A DNA stretch of 64,000 bases from Eledone cirrhosa. Lineage: Eukaryota. Where the stretch lies: assembly GCA_964016885.1 (NCBI GenBank), contig OZ024747.1:63674001-63738000 (forward strand). The letters are read 5' to 3'. Shown here piece by piece: positions 50,557 to 64,000 of the stretch. The translations under genes were made by a program, and so were the position numbers. Under the pieces are notes generated by a model, which had not been told where the DNA came from, ran no database searches, and was given only the letters and a program-made list of their open reading frames with translations. Within the stretch, counting starts at the first letter, position 1. Every line of letters starts with the position of its first letter.

Positions 50557-51219
50557 TTAATGCATCACTGATTTTAACACTATATGTCCCTTGGGTACTT
50601 ACAGAAGTGTCCACCCTAAAGCAAGCATTCAGGCCAGGTCTTTGTCTTAAAGAAGGTCATGGATATTGACCTTGCCCTTCCTGAATAAAAGGTAAAAACA
50701 AACAAACATACAGAAAGTGACTTATATAATTGAATCAGAGGAGCAAATGTGATATCAGTTGATGAACGAATAAAAATAAAACATGTCATTTGTTTCTCTC
50801 TTATGTTTTAATGTTATGTCATAATTAAAATTCCTAATATATCATATATATACTTTATGGTATCTCACAGATATAATTTGTGATGTGTTGCAGTTATGAT
50901 TTATCATATGTCTTATTTACAGTTTCGTAAATAAGACATAACAATATAGACTAAAAGAATTGATGTATCATATTATGAGTCTGTTATTGACAAGTGTAGA
51001 GATATGCATATGTATGTGTCTGAGTAGGTTTGTGTTTGTAGATATACTTATAAATATCAAATTTTCAAGTGTGATTAAAAATTTAAACATACTTTTTAAC
51101 AACACTTTTAAAAAGTTTTTCAGTTACTTTCAATCTCAAGATTGAGATATATATTTTTTGTAACTCACACACACACATATATATATATATATAGTATATA
51201 TATATATAAATATATATAC

Positions 51220-51259
<40 letters not shown>

Positions 51260-51469
51260 ATGTATGTATATGCATGTATATATGTATGTATATATATGTA
51301 TATATATATGTATATATATATGTATATATGTATATATATATGTATATATGTATATATATGTATATATGTATATATATGTATATATGTATATATATATGTA
51401 TATATGTATATATATATATATGTATATATATGTATATATATGTATATATATATGTATATATATATATAA

Positions 51470-52000
51470 ATTCTAGGCTTAATCATAACTATTAGCTGTA
51501 TCATGCCTCCCTCTACTGGCACGTAAACAAAGCCCTCCTGTGTGAATTAATAGTATTCGTTTGGTATAGGTGATGGCCTGTTGACAATGCGGGACTTCCT
51601 GTTAGCACACCCGAAGCCTAGGACAGTTACCTTCCTAGAGTACTAGGAAAAATTAATTTCCATTTCTTTCACTAGACGATACCACTCGAAACTGGCTGAC
51701 ACGTGGTTAGGAGGTTCTGGCTGGGATCTACAGTCGTCGTGTGTTATTGACTGCTAAACGAAGGCTTAATCTTTACTCTATATCCCACCCTGATAACTTA
51801 TCGAGATTCCCTATAATACACTTAAACTATTTCATATAATACTCTCTCTGTAAATTCATTAACTAAATCTCGCAACCCAAACCTTAAATTTCTTAAAATT
51901 TTTTTATTTTTTAAAATCTTTTTTTAATTTTTAATTTCATCCTATAACTCTAAACATAAGTTTAACGTTCCAAATTTCTGTTCACACATTATACCATACA
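51470..52000 (-). mobile_element. Diverged partial copy of segment B of the 33626 element
   Basis: cataactattagctgtatcatgcctc...catcctataactc..taagtttaacgttcca is shared with 35902-36450. Abuts (TA)n. Confidence 0.8.
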
Positions 52001-52241
52001 GTGATGCATCATTTGATGGAACGAGGTTATCCTTTCTCAACAGTTTTTACGTTCCAAGTATCCATTTTCTTCACGTTCTACGACAGCATTGTCAGTTGAC
52101 TGTAGCAGTAATTTATATATATATATATAATATTAATATTATCGTTATAATGTTAATGGTAGTAGTTATACTGATTTACAGGTAGAAACGATTGTCAGTT
52201 TTAAAATGCTTTAAATCTTTGGTGTTATTTAAATTTTAATG

Positions 52242-52596
52242 TCATTTCATTTTATCATTTCATTTTACGTCCGCTTTTCCCTGCTTGCAAGGGTGGGATG
52301 GGAACTGATTCTGGCTTGATTTCTACAGCTGGATGCCCTTCCTAACACCAACCTCATTTACAGTGAGTGCTGGGTGCTTTTTTGCCGTGGCACCTTCACT
52401 TTGCAGTGGAATGATAGGGACCCCAGTCCCTATCATTCCACTGTCCCTATCATTTCATTTCTACAGCTGAGTAAACTGGAGCAATGTGAAATAAAGTGTC
52501 TTGCTCAAGGAAACAACACATCACCCGGTCTGAGAAATGAACTCACAACCTTTCGATTGCAAGGCCAATGCTCTAACCACTAAGCCATGTGCCTCC
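52242..52596 (-). mobile_element. tRNA/RTE-tail SINE
   Basis: Same family as 14423 and 19966. Confidence 0.88.
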
Positions 52597-52676
<80 letters not shown>

Positions 52677-53434
52677 TACACACACACACATGGATATTCA
52701 TTCATATTAATGTGTGTGCATTTTTCTTTAAATGCATAAGAACGTGCTACATGGTGATTAGAGAAAATGCTAATCAAAATGTAATTAGTGTAGCTACTGT
52801 GATTAATACAATTGTACTGTTACAACAACAGTAGCAACAACAACATATCAGTAACAAGTCATTTGATTTTTGTTTCTTTATTAATTGTGTGTATCATAGA
52901 AACTGTGGCTTAACTAGCCATTATTACCTCCTGATTTGTTTAGGCAATATTTCATACTCTCACACATACACCTACATACATGTATGCATGGATAGATACA
53001 GGCTTATGCATATACACATGCATACACACAAAATGAGCATGTTTCAGTTATACCTGGAAGCTCATAGACATTTTAAACAAATTAAAGATGATGATGATGG
53101 TGGTGATGATGATGATGATAAAACTTTAAACTGATTAAGTAAGATTTTTGTTTTAAAGTTTTAAATCATTTTCAACAAAAGCTCTTGAACAATAATTAAA
53201 ATGTTTTAATATTTTTTCTACAACTTATTATCGCATTTTATTTATATCAAAGCCATTTCAACCAGACAGTCAGATGGATGAATGATATTTTAAATCTCAA
53301 ATTGTCAAAATTTATTATTCCAGAAAGCATTTTAAATACAATTCTTCTTATAGTAATTTTCAATCACTTTAAAAAACAATCAAGTCCTTGGAGTGATTTT
53401 GTAAAATAACTCACTTTTTCTCCCACTAGCTCTT

Positions 53435-54888
53435 TCATCATCATCATCATCATCATCACTGTTTTACGTCCGTTCTTCCACGCTAGCATGGGTTAGATAG
53501 GTTGTCCTGTTGTGGGCAGTGTCTGGTCGGCTGACCATGCCTTGCTCATACAGGAACTGATTTGGCTTGATTTCTACAGCTGGATGCCCTTCCTAACACC
53601 AACCTCATTTACAGTGAGTGCTGGGTGCTTTTTCGTGGTGCCTACACGTCCACTTTACAGTGTGGGCTGGGTGCTTTTTTGCCGTGGCACCTCCATGACC
53701 ACCTTGCGGTGGGGAGAGTGGGGGCATATTGTCTATATGCTTCAGCTTGTACCCATAGGAGGTCAGGTACTCTGTATTACTGCGTGAGCGGTGTAATTGG
53801 GTAAGGTCGACTTTTATCACCTCATCCCAGGTCATCTTGGGTCTCCCCACTCCGCGGTTTCCATCAACTTCTAGTGCTCTGCACCTTTTTATGCAGCTGT
53901 CATCCTTCATACGCATCACGTGTCCATACCAGCGCAACCGCCTCTCCTGCACACAGCATTTGATTTCTCTTATGCTCAGTCACTCTCTCTCAATTCATTT
54001 ATGCTTTGTCGTTCACGTATATTACTGTTACACATCCATCGGAGCATGCAGGCTTCGTTTCTCTCTAATCTACGTAAGTCTTCCACCTTCAGCGCCCAGG
54101 TCTCACTACCATGCAACATTGCTGTTCGGATACACGCATCATACAGTCTACCTTTTATTCTGAGGGAGAAGCTTTTTGCAGCTAGCAGTGGTAGTAGTTC
54201 CCTAAACTTCTTCCATCCCGTTCTTACTCTAGTTATTGTACTTTCTGAACACCCACCTCCGCTGCTAATTCGGTCACCTAGGTAGCAGAAGCTGTCTACT
54301 GTTTCTACAGAGCCCTCCCAGAGATTGGTGGTACTTGTTTCCTGTGGCTGTTTGCTGCTTGCTGTCTCAGCACAGCTGCTGCATGTGAATCCTACATTCT
54401 TAATTAAGCTTCCTGAGATCCCGCTACATCTCTTGTGTACCCATTGTTTGCATTTGGGGCAGAGAATGGAGTTCCTACCTACACCTTTCCTACATACTGA
54501 GCAAGGCCATTTCCCTGAGGGGATCTGGGTTCTGTTTTCTCGTCTACTTACAAGGACCTTAGTCTTTGTCATGTTGACTTTGAGACCCTTTCTTTCTAGT
54601 TCCTGCTTCCAAGTTTGGAATTTCTTCTCTAGTTCTACCATAGATTCAGCTATGAGTGCGAGGTCATCAGCATACAGGAGTTCTCATGGGCATCCGGTCT
54701 TAAACTCCTCCGTTATTGCCTGCAGGACTATGATGAAGAGGAGGGGGCTAAGAATAGAGCCCTGGTGGACCCCAACCTGTACGCTAAATTCCTCGTTATA
54801 CTCATTGCTAATCCTAACTTTGCTGACTGCTTCCCTATACATGGCTTGTACAGCTTTCACAAGTCATTCATCTACTCCTAGTTTTCTA
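53435..54888 (-). mobile_element. 5'-truncated RTE LINE (RT plus PHD-like finger) joined to a type B 3' UTR
   Basis: GVHQGSILSPLLF...ELLYADDLAL...KWPCSVCRKG...WVHKRCSG...FCYLG...GSETW. Small deletions and a frameshift near 53790 and 53980. Confidence 0.93.
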
Positions 54889-55276
54889 ACATTAACATAT
54901 ATTAGATGAAGGACACCACCTATGATTTTTAAATAATTTTGAAAATAATCAAGTACTTGAAGGAATTAAGTAATGTATTTTTCTCATTATTAAGCTCGTG
55001 TTTGAACTTTAATAAGTTTCTTACATAAAATTATGAAGGAAGTGTTTTAGATAAATATAAACACTTTAATTTTTTATTGTTATATACCTAATAAAAGAGA
55101 TTGTCTATGATTTGCAAGTAATTAAAAAAACAATAAAGAATTTCAAGGAATTTATATTATAATTAACGTTCTCATTATTTAGCTGGTGTTTGTAACTTAA
55201 CAAAGATTCTTACATAAAATTATGATGGAAAATTTTAAAATAGATATCAATATTTTGAAATTTGAAACAAAAGTGT

Positions 55277-55334
55277 CTGAAACTGCCCTCATTCTATGAT
55301 ACAATTTTGCATCATAGAATGAGGGCAGTTTCAG
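55277..55334. repeat. Perfect 24-bp hairpin at a MITE end
   Basis: ctgaaactgccctcattctatgat-acaattttgc-atcatagaatgagggcagtttcag. Confidence 0.85.
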
Positions 55335-55355
55335 GTTCTTTGGTCACAAAAGAGT

Positions 55356-55581
55356 GAAACCTTTAGCATTTAAACTGGCTGTATCTGGTCAGAATTCTCT
55401 TGCCTCTTCTATTCAAACTGGCTGTAACTGGCCACTCATACCGATGTTAAGGTATTGTTCTCAAAATAAACAATATAAAAATCTCATAGATTTGATATTA
55501 TGTGAGATAATTGTGTGAGGTAAAGCCTTTACTGCAAAATACAATAGTAAATAAAGAGTAATGTAAATGCTAAAATGTTAA
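55356..55581 (-). mobile_element. piggyBac-type MITE
   Basis: Reverse complement of the 50338 family. Confidence 0.75.
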
Positions 55582-56689
55582 ACTGAAATTAGTTGTTGAG
55601 CTAATCTAAATGTGGACATTTTAAAGTAAGAAGTTTTATATCATAGAACCAGTAGTGGAGGGTGGGTCTTTCTCATGTGCATTGTTATGAAATAAATTAA
55701 ATTCAACCTTATGGGGATTATAATAGAACAAATTATTTTAGAAACACACCAAAATAAATTTTAATAATTTATTACAATAATATAGCAATGGGAATCATAG
55801 CAGGTACAGCTGTTTCTCTCTTGTTGTCTGTGCTTGACCAACACACTTCAGTTTTCCACAGCTTATTTCACCTAGCTCTAAATAGGTATCATAAACACAA
55901 CCCTGCTCAGGCAAACATTATTGTATCTCTTACAGGGTCGATAAAATAAAGTACCAGTAATGCACTGGGTAATTGCTGGCCTTGTGCCTAAAGTAGAAAC
56001 AATTATTGTATCTCTTAGTCTACAATGCTACATTCAATTCCTTCTATGGTGCAAATGGTATTTGTGATATATCAATGGTGAAGCTAGTACAGTAGATAGA
56101 TCTCTTATTTGCTATCATACAGGTTGAATCAATTTGTGCATCAACCCTTAAGTTAAAGAAATCTATATTTTTAACTTTTGGAAAGGTTTAGCTATTATTA
56201 CACCACAAAATGTTAGTATTAGAGTTAACACAGTATATTTTAAATGGAGGCATATACAATATGTTTATGTATAATAAATACACATAGTCTCAATGTGAGT
56301 ATTTTAAGCTGTTGTCAATTCACAGCTACCTCAATAGATGTTTGAGAAGGCTGAATACATGTGAGTAAGCATCACTTATGATGGATTAATGATCCTGAAA
56401 TTTGTATATTTAGCATTCTAACATAGTTACTGTGGTAGCTGTGATAGGGTCACAATGTAAACTAATTACAATGGCACTATAAATGTTTATTATATATAAA
56501 CATATTTTAATATTGTATATGCTTCCATATAATCCTCTACTATAAAATATATAACAAACACTAATTCTATTAGAATGTGGTTGGTATTTTGAAAGGCATC
56601 CAACAGTAAAAATCAAGCCTAGAAATGCTGTATGTCAATATGGCAACTCTGTGAATCCCACAGGAGTTACAGGTTTATACATACATAAT

Positions 56690-56910
56690 GGTTTCTGATT
56701 TAGGCACAAAGCCACCGATTTTTTGGGTGGAGGGCAAGTCAATTAAATCAACCTCAGTACATTATTGGTACTTTATTTTATTGACCCTATAAGGATGAAA
56801 GGCAAATCTAACCTCAGCAGGGTTTGAACTCAGACTGTAAAGGACTGTAACTCTATGCTGCAAAACATGGTGTCCAACGCTCTACCAATTCTGTCAAGTC
56901 ATCACCCTGG
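56690..56910 (-). mobile_element. SINE family 2
   Basis: Same motifs as 22440-22670. Confidence 0.8.
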
Positions 56911-57632
56911 TCCATACATACTTAATAAAAACACTAAATATTCGCTGAATGAATCAATTAAGTATTGTTTGTAGAGTTAATATAACATTTGTTATTGTTT
57001 GGCAGAAGTGATAGAGCATCAGATAAAATTCTTTGTGGTATTTGTTCCAGATTTTTACATTCAAGTCCTATTGCACTTATCTTTGCCTTTCATTTACCAA
57101 GGTTGATTAAATAAATTACCAATATTAGACTTGAATTAATTGTTTTTTTCTTTTCCCTCAAATATTGCATGCCTTGTACTTAAATTAGAAAAAAAAGGAA
57201 CAACACACACTCACAAAATGTACCTCATCCACACACACACACATAGCAGTACCATTGATAGATCCAGATGCTCTGCAACAACCTTGGCAACCCTTGCACA
57301 CTAACTACTTGCCCATCCATCCTGATCAACTGTATTTTCTTTTACTTTTTCTTCAACCATTTAACATCCCCTATCTCTTAACGTTACTTTTTCTTGATGA
57401 AGGTCTAACATTGAATGTGTTGAAAGCCACCTTTGATATTTCAATGTTAGGAACTCTTTTACAAAAGAAAAGAAATGGATTGTCATGTTGATGAAGAGCA
57501 GTGGTCTATTAGTAGAGGTTTCTAGCTCCTAACATTGAAATGTCATGAAATATATGGTAAAAGTGTAAACTGTTTTTTTTTGGGGGGGGGGGGGGGGGGG
57601 GGGGGGTATTTTTTATTTTAGACTAGATTTCA

Positions 57633-59073
57633 GGTTATGAAAGTGGCAGAAAGGATTTTAGCACAACTAATTAGAGAAAGGGTCAAACTAGATGAGATGC
57701 AGTTTGGTTTTGTGCCTGGGAAGAGTACAACAGATGCCCTCTTCTTGGTGAGACAAATGCAAGAGAGGTTCTTAGAGAAGAATAAGCCACTATACTTGGC
57801 CTTTGTTGACCTAGAGAAGGCCTTTGATAGGGTACCCCGATCTGTCATCTGGTGGTCCCTAAGGAAGCTGGGTGTTGAGGAATGGCTTGTAAGGACAGTG
57901 CAAACTTTGTACAGAGGTACTCTCAGTAAAGTCAGGGTAGGAATGGAGTTTAGTGAGGAATTCCAGATACAAGTAGGAGTACATCAGGGTTCGGTCCTCA
58001 GCCCGCTCTTGTTCATTATAGTCCTCCAAGCCATAACAGAGGAGTTTAAGACTGGCTGTCCATGGGAACTTCTCTATGCTGACGATCTGGCTCTTATGGC
58101 AGAATCAGTAGAGGAGCTAGAGAATAAATTCCGGCTATGGAAACAGCAGTTGGAAGCAAGAGGACTGAGAGTAAATCTAGTTAAGACAAAAGTGTTGATG
58201 AGTAGAAAAGAGGACAAAACCCTGATTCCGTCAGGGAAATGGCCATGTTCGATATGCAGAAAAGGAACTGGCATAAATTCTATAAAATGCACACAATGTA
58301 GGTCCTGGGTACACAAGAGATGTAGCGGGATAGCAGGCAAACTAACAGGTAGGGAGAAATATGTATGCAGTAGATGTACAGGGAAATTAGACAGTAGAAG
58401 TCGCACTGATAGACACATTTTTCAAATGCGAGAGGGCGCTATAGAAGTGGTGGATAGCTTCCGGTACCTAGGAGATCAGATTAGCATGGGAGGAGGGTGT
58501 TCCGAGGCCATAGTATCTAGAATAAGGACGGGTTGGAAGAAGTTTAGGGAGCTGCTTCCTCTGTTGACGAAGAAGGGTTTCTCCCTGCGTACGAAAGGCC
58601 GGTTGTATGATGCCTGTGTGAGGAGCGCGATGCTGCATGGTAGTGAGACATGGGCAGCTACCGCAGAAGATATGCGATGGCTGGAGAGAAATGAGGCAAG
58701 CATGCTCCGTTGGATGTGCAGTGTAAATGTGCGTGAACGACCCAGCATAAATGTGTTGAGAGAGAAACTGTGTCTGAGAGGGATAGAATGTAGTGTACGG
58801 GAGAGGAGACTGAGGTGGTATGGACATGTGATGCGCATGGAGGATGACCGATGGGTGAAGAAGTGCCAGGAAATGCCAGTTGAAGGAAGACGTGGTAGAG
58901 GTAGACCACGAAAAACATGGGCGGAGGTGGTGAGAACAGACCTCAGATCATTGAAGCTCACGGTGGAGATGACGAGGGACCGTGACGAGTGGAGAGATGC
59001 TGTGCTGAATAAGACCCGTCCCACCCTTGCAAGCAGGGAAAAGCGGACGTAAAATGATGATGATGATGATGAT
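57633..59073 (+). mobile_element. Young 5'-truncated RTE LINE with an uninterrupted 471-aa RT ORF
   Basis: RT motifs QFGF, FVDLEKAFD, GVHQGSVLSP, LYADD and FRYLG; inserted C4HC3 finger; (ATG)n tail right after the stop; probable TSD gatttca (57626-57632 and 59074-59080). Confidence 0.96.
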
Positions 59074-59378
59074 GATTTCACTCTTGTGTTTGAAACTGGC
59101 ATTGTACCAATTTTCCCAAGACAATATTGACCACACATCTCACAGTGTGACATATAAACTATACTGTTTAGTTTTAATATAATTTTTCTATTATTTTGTG
59201 TTTTCAAACATTTGATTTATAAATTTTGTTTGCTAATCTATCTCTCCTCTGAATGAAAACTATTTGATAACAAGCCAAGATGTTTCTAGCTATAAGTCAG
59301 GGATGATAATTGTATGCCCTTGAGCAAGTTTCAAAATACACTTGACAATAAACTGTTTATATTTCCACAATATTTCAG

Positions 59379-59408
59379 ACGTTGTTCATCCCTTGTCAAC
59401 AATCTAAG
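59379..59408 (+). CDS. Candidate 30-bp micro-exon following the SH3 exon
   Basis: tatttcag acceptor and AG|GTAGGT donor. Open in phase 2 to 2 (R-RCSSLVNNL). No homology support. Confidence 0.25.
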
Positions 59409-60984
59409 GTAGGTACAAGAATATGAACTGTGATCCCTCTCTCTACCACCCAATTCTTCATTGTCGACTTTTATCTCTCTCTTTCTTGCCATCGCATCGT
59501 TCTCTCTCCAATGTTCATTTCTAACTCAATATCTCATTGCAAGATACTAATTTCCAATCTGCATCCATTCCCTAAACCTTCATAATTCACTCCCCTCTCT
59601 GAAATCTGTGTGTGTAAATAAATAAATAATTAATTAATTATATTGTTATTAATAGTAACAATAATAACGGTAATTATTAATCCTAATGCATGTATATGTG
59701 TGTGTATACATTAGACAAATCATAATAGTTTTCTAAACAATATATTTCACTGTAAATACTTAAACATCTCTCCACTTTTCAAATATACCGTTTGTTGAGT
59801 TGTGTTGTTTGCATCCCCTGTTTAGGAATTTCAAGGATTTTGTTTACATAGTACACTCTGTAATGTGGTAGTGTTAAGATAAAATGCAAGTAGCACATCC
59901 TGTAAGAAGGTTGATGTTAGGAATGGCATCCAGCTACAGTAACCATACCAAATATGGAATATCTGAGAAAGACGAGGTCTCTCTCTGGTGTGTCTAGCCT
60001 CAGACCATAACAACCAATCCAACCCATTGTCAGCATGGAAGGCATGTAAATTGATGATAATGGTGATAGTGATGGTGTTGTCAGTCAGGGTTGAAATAAA
60101 AGTATAAACATAATTTAGAAACAAAACAGTACTCATCAATAGATTAACATTCAGCATGCTAGAAATATTTATGAATTGCTTTCCTTGACACTGCATTATA
60201 TATTAAGGGGAGCTCACTCTATCGGCGACATAATGCACCTGGAGTGTCCAGAAGGTTAAGGTCTTTTATTAATAGCAGATGTGAATTGCATGCAGCTGAT
60301 TGGCTATTGTAACTATACCAGTCAACATATGTCATTACCCTTCTATATATCTCTGTAAAGGAATCCAGCTTGCCACCACAATAACATACCACTTTTATTT
60401 TCTTTTGAAAAAAAGGGGTTTTAAGCCCAGAATATGAAATACAAAGTAAAAGTGAAAACTGTTCTTTTGTTTTGTCTTACTTTGCTCCTGTTTTTACACC
60501 TTTATATCTATATTTTTTTCTGTTTCCCCCCACTTTTAAAATTTTGTTGCATTACTTGTCTCACTAGCTCTTTTTGATCACCAACTGTAAGGAGTACTTG
60601 ATATTTCCCCTAGCCTGTCATGGCTTACTAACTCTATACGGACTTTTAAATTGATTAACTAAATAAATAAATAAATAACTTGCATTGTACTGACTTCCCT
60701 AAAATAATTTAAACTAAATATGTATGTATTGCTTGTAATTAATAAATTGGACAGGATTATATAAAGAGTGATGGATGGAGAGTATTAGTAGAGCATCGGT
60801 TACCAAAATTGTTGGCCTTGTGCCTAAATCAGAAACCAATATATTAAGTTCTTCAGGCTCTATTTTTACAATGTTTTAGCTAATGTTAGAATTAGAATTA
60901 TTAACGAATATATGGAATTCATCTTTGATATAATTCTATTGTATTGAACTTGTAACACTCAATTACAAATACGATATACTGAAA

Positions 60985-61350
60985 TAATTGTTTCTCCTTT
61001 AGGCAGAAGCCCTACAATTTTGGGAGAAGGGAAAGTCGATTTAATCGACCCCAGTGCATTACTCGTGCTTTAATTATCAATCCCGTAAGGATGAAACGCA
61101 AAGCTAACTTTGGTAGGATTTGAACTCACACTGTAAAGGACCATAACTCTATGCTGCAAAACATGGCGTCCACCACGCAACTGCCAATCCACTGCACTAA
61201 TAATAATAATAATAATGATGATTTCTACTATAGGCACAAGGCCAGCAATTTTCGATCCCAGTGCATTTATTTATCGACCCTGTAGGGATGAAAGGCAAAG
61301 CTAATCTTGGTGGGATTTGAACTCAGAACATAAAGGGCCATAACTCGAAG
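60985..61350 (-). mobile_element. Two SINE family 2 copies
   Basis: Two occurrences of ggatgaaa(c/g)gcaaagctaa..ggatttgaactca. Confidence 0.8.
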
Positions 61351-62467
61351 TTACAAGCAATAAATAGTATTAAGAATGAAGAGACTGATAAAAACAGTTG
61401 ACTTGATCCAATCTAACATATATAGATGTGGTTTTAATGGGGATAGGGTGGGGGTATTAGTGTAAATCTAATTAGAACAACAGGTAAATGAGTTAATATC
61501 TAGGAATAAAGAATAAGAATAAAACCATTGAATGTTATTGTAGTAGAACTGAGTAAATTAGAGATTTGATATAACAATGACATGAAGAGGATTATCAGAA
61601 GAGGATAGAAAATCTTTATCAGAGATGTCACGACATTGACAGACGTCTGATAATGAAATGTTTTCCTTGTATTATGAACTAAACCACTTTGTAGAAAATG
61701 TTCAACTTTGCAACAAATATTGACCAGAAATCTTGGCAAAATATCAAATCTAATTATATATATATATACTTTCTATTTTCGTATTCTAGATTCATTTTAC
61801 ATTGAAAGACTGTTTTTAGACACAATTATTAAGGTTTCAGATATATGACCCTTAGTTCACAGGGTTATACAAACACTATATTATGTCATTTGGAAAAGAA
61901 CTGTGAAATAATTATTACCTTACCGTACACTACAGGATGGTTATGTCCTGTTGGCATTCAGCTATAAGCATATATTTTTTTTTTTAAAGAAAGAGATTTA
62001 TTTGTTGTGGAAATATAGACATAAATATGGTTGGATTTAAACTTTAAGCAATTTCAAGTGAGAGAATTTATTTCTCTACATCCTTCCAAACTTTTAATAC
62101 TTTAAAAATTATATATATATTTTTTTTCAGCATCAGCATCATCATTTTAATTTTTGCTTTCCCTTGGGCATAGGTTAGATGGGTTGTCAAAGTTTAAGTC
62201 AGTTCTTATTCATAGTTACTGTCCTCGTAGATGGGTCAGAGAATAACATCATGCTCACACATTCCAAATTGTGACATAGTTTCTAGTCTGATGATGTGAA
62301 AACCTTTGTTAAGTTATTTTTGAAATACCAACTTTATAACGAGACAGCTATATTACTAAATCTCTATAAATTCTTGATTATTTTCAAAAGTATTTGAAAA
62401 TCATAGAGACAGTGTATTTTATTAGAAATATGGTAACCAAAGAATTGGAGTTCCATCCTAATTTTAG

Positions 62468-62691
62468 TAGCAATTTATTTGTGCCCTCAGCTGGGATTTT
62501 TAATTTTAGGATGGTTAGAATTTTTAATTTAATACCTCTATGTATAACTTTTCAATTTCAATAACTTGCGCCAGGCCAACTTTGAGATGAAAAATTGGGG
62601 AATTTGCTGGTTATTCTAATTTTTTTTTGTGCATGAGGAGCCCCCTAGACCTGAAGTACCCCAGGCTCCCCAAGGTCTAAATCCAACCCTG
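62468..62691 (-). mobile_element. Partial hAT-type MITE
   Basis: Ends in taaatccaaccctg. Body matches 1636-1850. Confidence 0.78.
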
Positions 62692-62971
62692 ATCACATCA
62701 TTGTATGCTTCCCTATCCCTCAGCCACACACAAAAGAAAATAATAATAAAGAAGTAACAAATAGCATCATTTAAACTATACAGAAAAAACACACAGATAG
62801 TATAAAAATCATTACTGCTAATTGTGTTGGAAATTACTTTACTTAATACATGAAAGATCCCGAAAAGTAACAGCTTTGAAGTTATTACTGTTAATAAGTT
62901 AATAACCTATATATATTTGAAATAGTAGGTAAGTGAATGGTAGTGTAATGCAAAAAAGCTTTTAGCCAATA

Positions 62972-63522
62972 CCTACACACATGCACACAAACATATACAC
63001 ATACACACACTTACTAATACACACACTAACACATAGAAACACAAACACATACGCATGCACACACACACATACACATACAAACACACACATGCACACACAC
63101 TAAAACATACACACACTAACACATAGAAACACAAATACATACACATCCACACACATACAAACACACACACACATACACACACACACACACATGCACATGC
63201 ACAAATACACACACACACTAACACACACATATACACACACATTAAAACATACAAACACACACACACACACATACAAACACACACATGCACACACACACAC
63301 ATACACACACGCTAAAACATACACACACTAACACATAGAAACACAAACACATCCACATCCACACACATACAAACACACACACACACATGCACACACATGC
63401 ACATGCACACACACACATACACACACACACACTTACTAACACATACACACACACACTAACGCATACAAACACACCCACACATATACAAACACACACAAAC
63501 ACACATATACACACACACTCAC
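62972..63522. repeat. Compound (CA)n microsatellite with higher-order repeats
   Basis: Directly visible, with recurring cactaacacatagaaacacaaa units. Confidence 0.95.
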
Positions 63523-64000
63523 GCTTTACTTTCTGTGAACTTGTAAATACTAAATGCTTCTGTCAGTCATCTGAGCTTCTCATAAAATTCAGTCCATCAC
63601 TTCATCTACTTAAAAATATTTTACTAAAACATTTCGACTAAAGTAAATGGCTTTATTTCCTCATAAAATATAAACTTTTTCAACCCTAAACTTATTTTTA
63701 TTGGCTAAGTTTCTGGTGTTTAACTATTGACATAGATTTTTAAAAATAAACTTCATTAACACTCCTGCTTTTTGGGGTGGGGTTTGTTTTGTTTTTATTT
63801 TGTTCATTTTAATTAGCAGAGTTGTTTAGGGGGTGGTGGGGACAGATGTGCTTTCTGGTATTTGATATGATTCTCTGAGTTATGGAATCAAATTTTGCCA
63901 AATTCTTCCATTCATCATCTCAGGGTTGATAAATAAAGTGTAGAGGATTAAGCAGAATTGTTATAAGTGTTGGGTAGGTGGTCTTATGGTATTTGTGTTC

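Noticed and set aside
57582-57606. Poly-G run (also 43077-43109) as a G-quadruplex regulator
   Set aside because: Simple homopolymer expansions, one inside a MITE, with no evidence of function. Lengths may be sequencing-dependent.
58074-59207. Antisense ORFs over RTE elements (also 2944, 15418, 53920, 54325)
   Set aside because: Shadow ORFs of the RT coding strand.

Overview
Eukaryotic, very AT-rich, microsatellite-dense genomic DNA. The repeat families (RTE LINEs with (ATG)n tails, tRNA-headed SINEs, long (TA)n/(CA)n runs) suggest an octopus or other coleoid cephalopod; that assignment is an inference. The only host gene seen is on the + strand: four in-phase GT-AG exons (11744-11825, 21637-21722, 40422-40496, 44747-44964) encoding the PDZ and SH3 domains of a MAGUK p55-family protein (MPP7/metro-like). 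The rest of the window appears intronic. Introns contain RTE LINEs (one with a 471-aa RT ORF carrying a PHD-like zinc finger), a 5'-inverted RTE nested in a hAT MITE, R4-like LINE remnants, several SINE families and piggyBac-type MITEs. The most notable signal is a set of short elements inside (TA)n tracts that form fold-back palindromes and carry type I hammerhead-ribozyme motifs (three near-intact loci and several decayed ones), consistent with Penelope-like element or retrozyme termini. One hairpin has captured 56 bp from 4.7 kb away. Most ORFs in the supplied track are microsatellite artefacts. All coordinates were read by eye and repeat boundaries are approximate.
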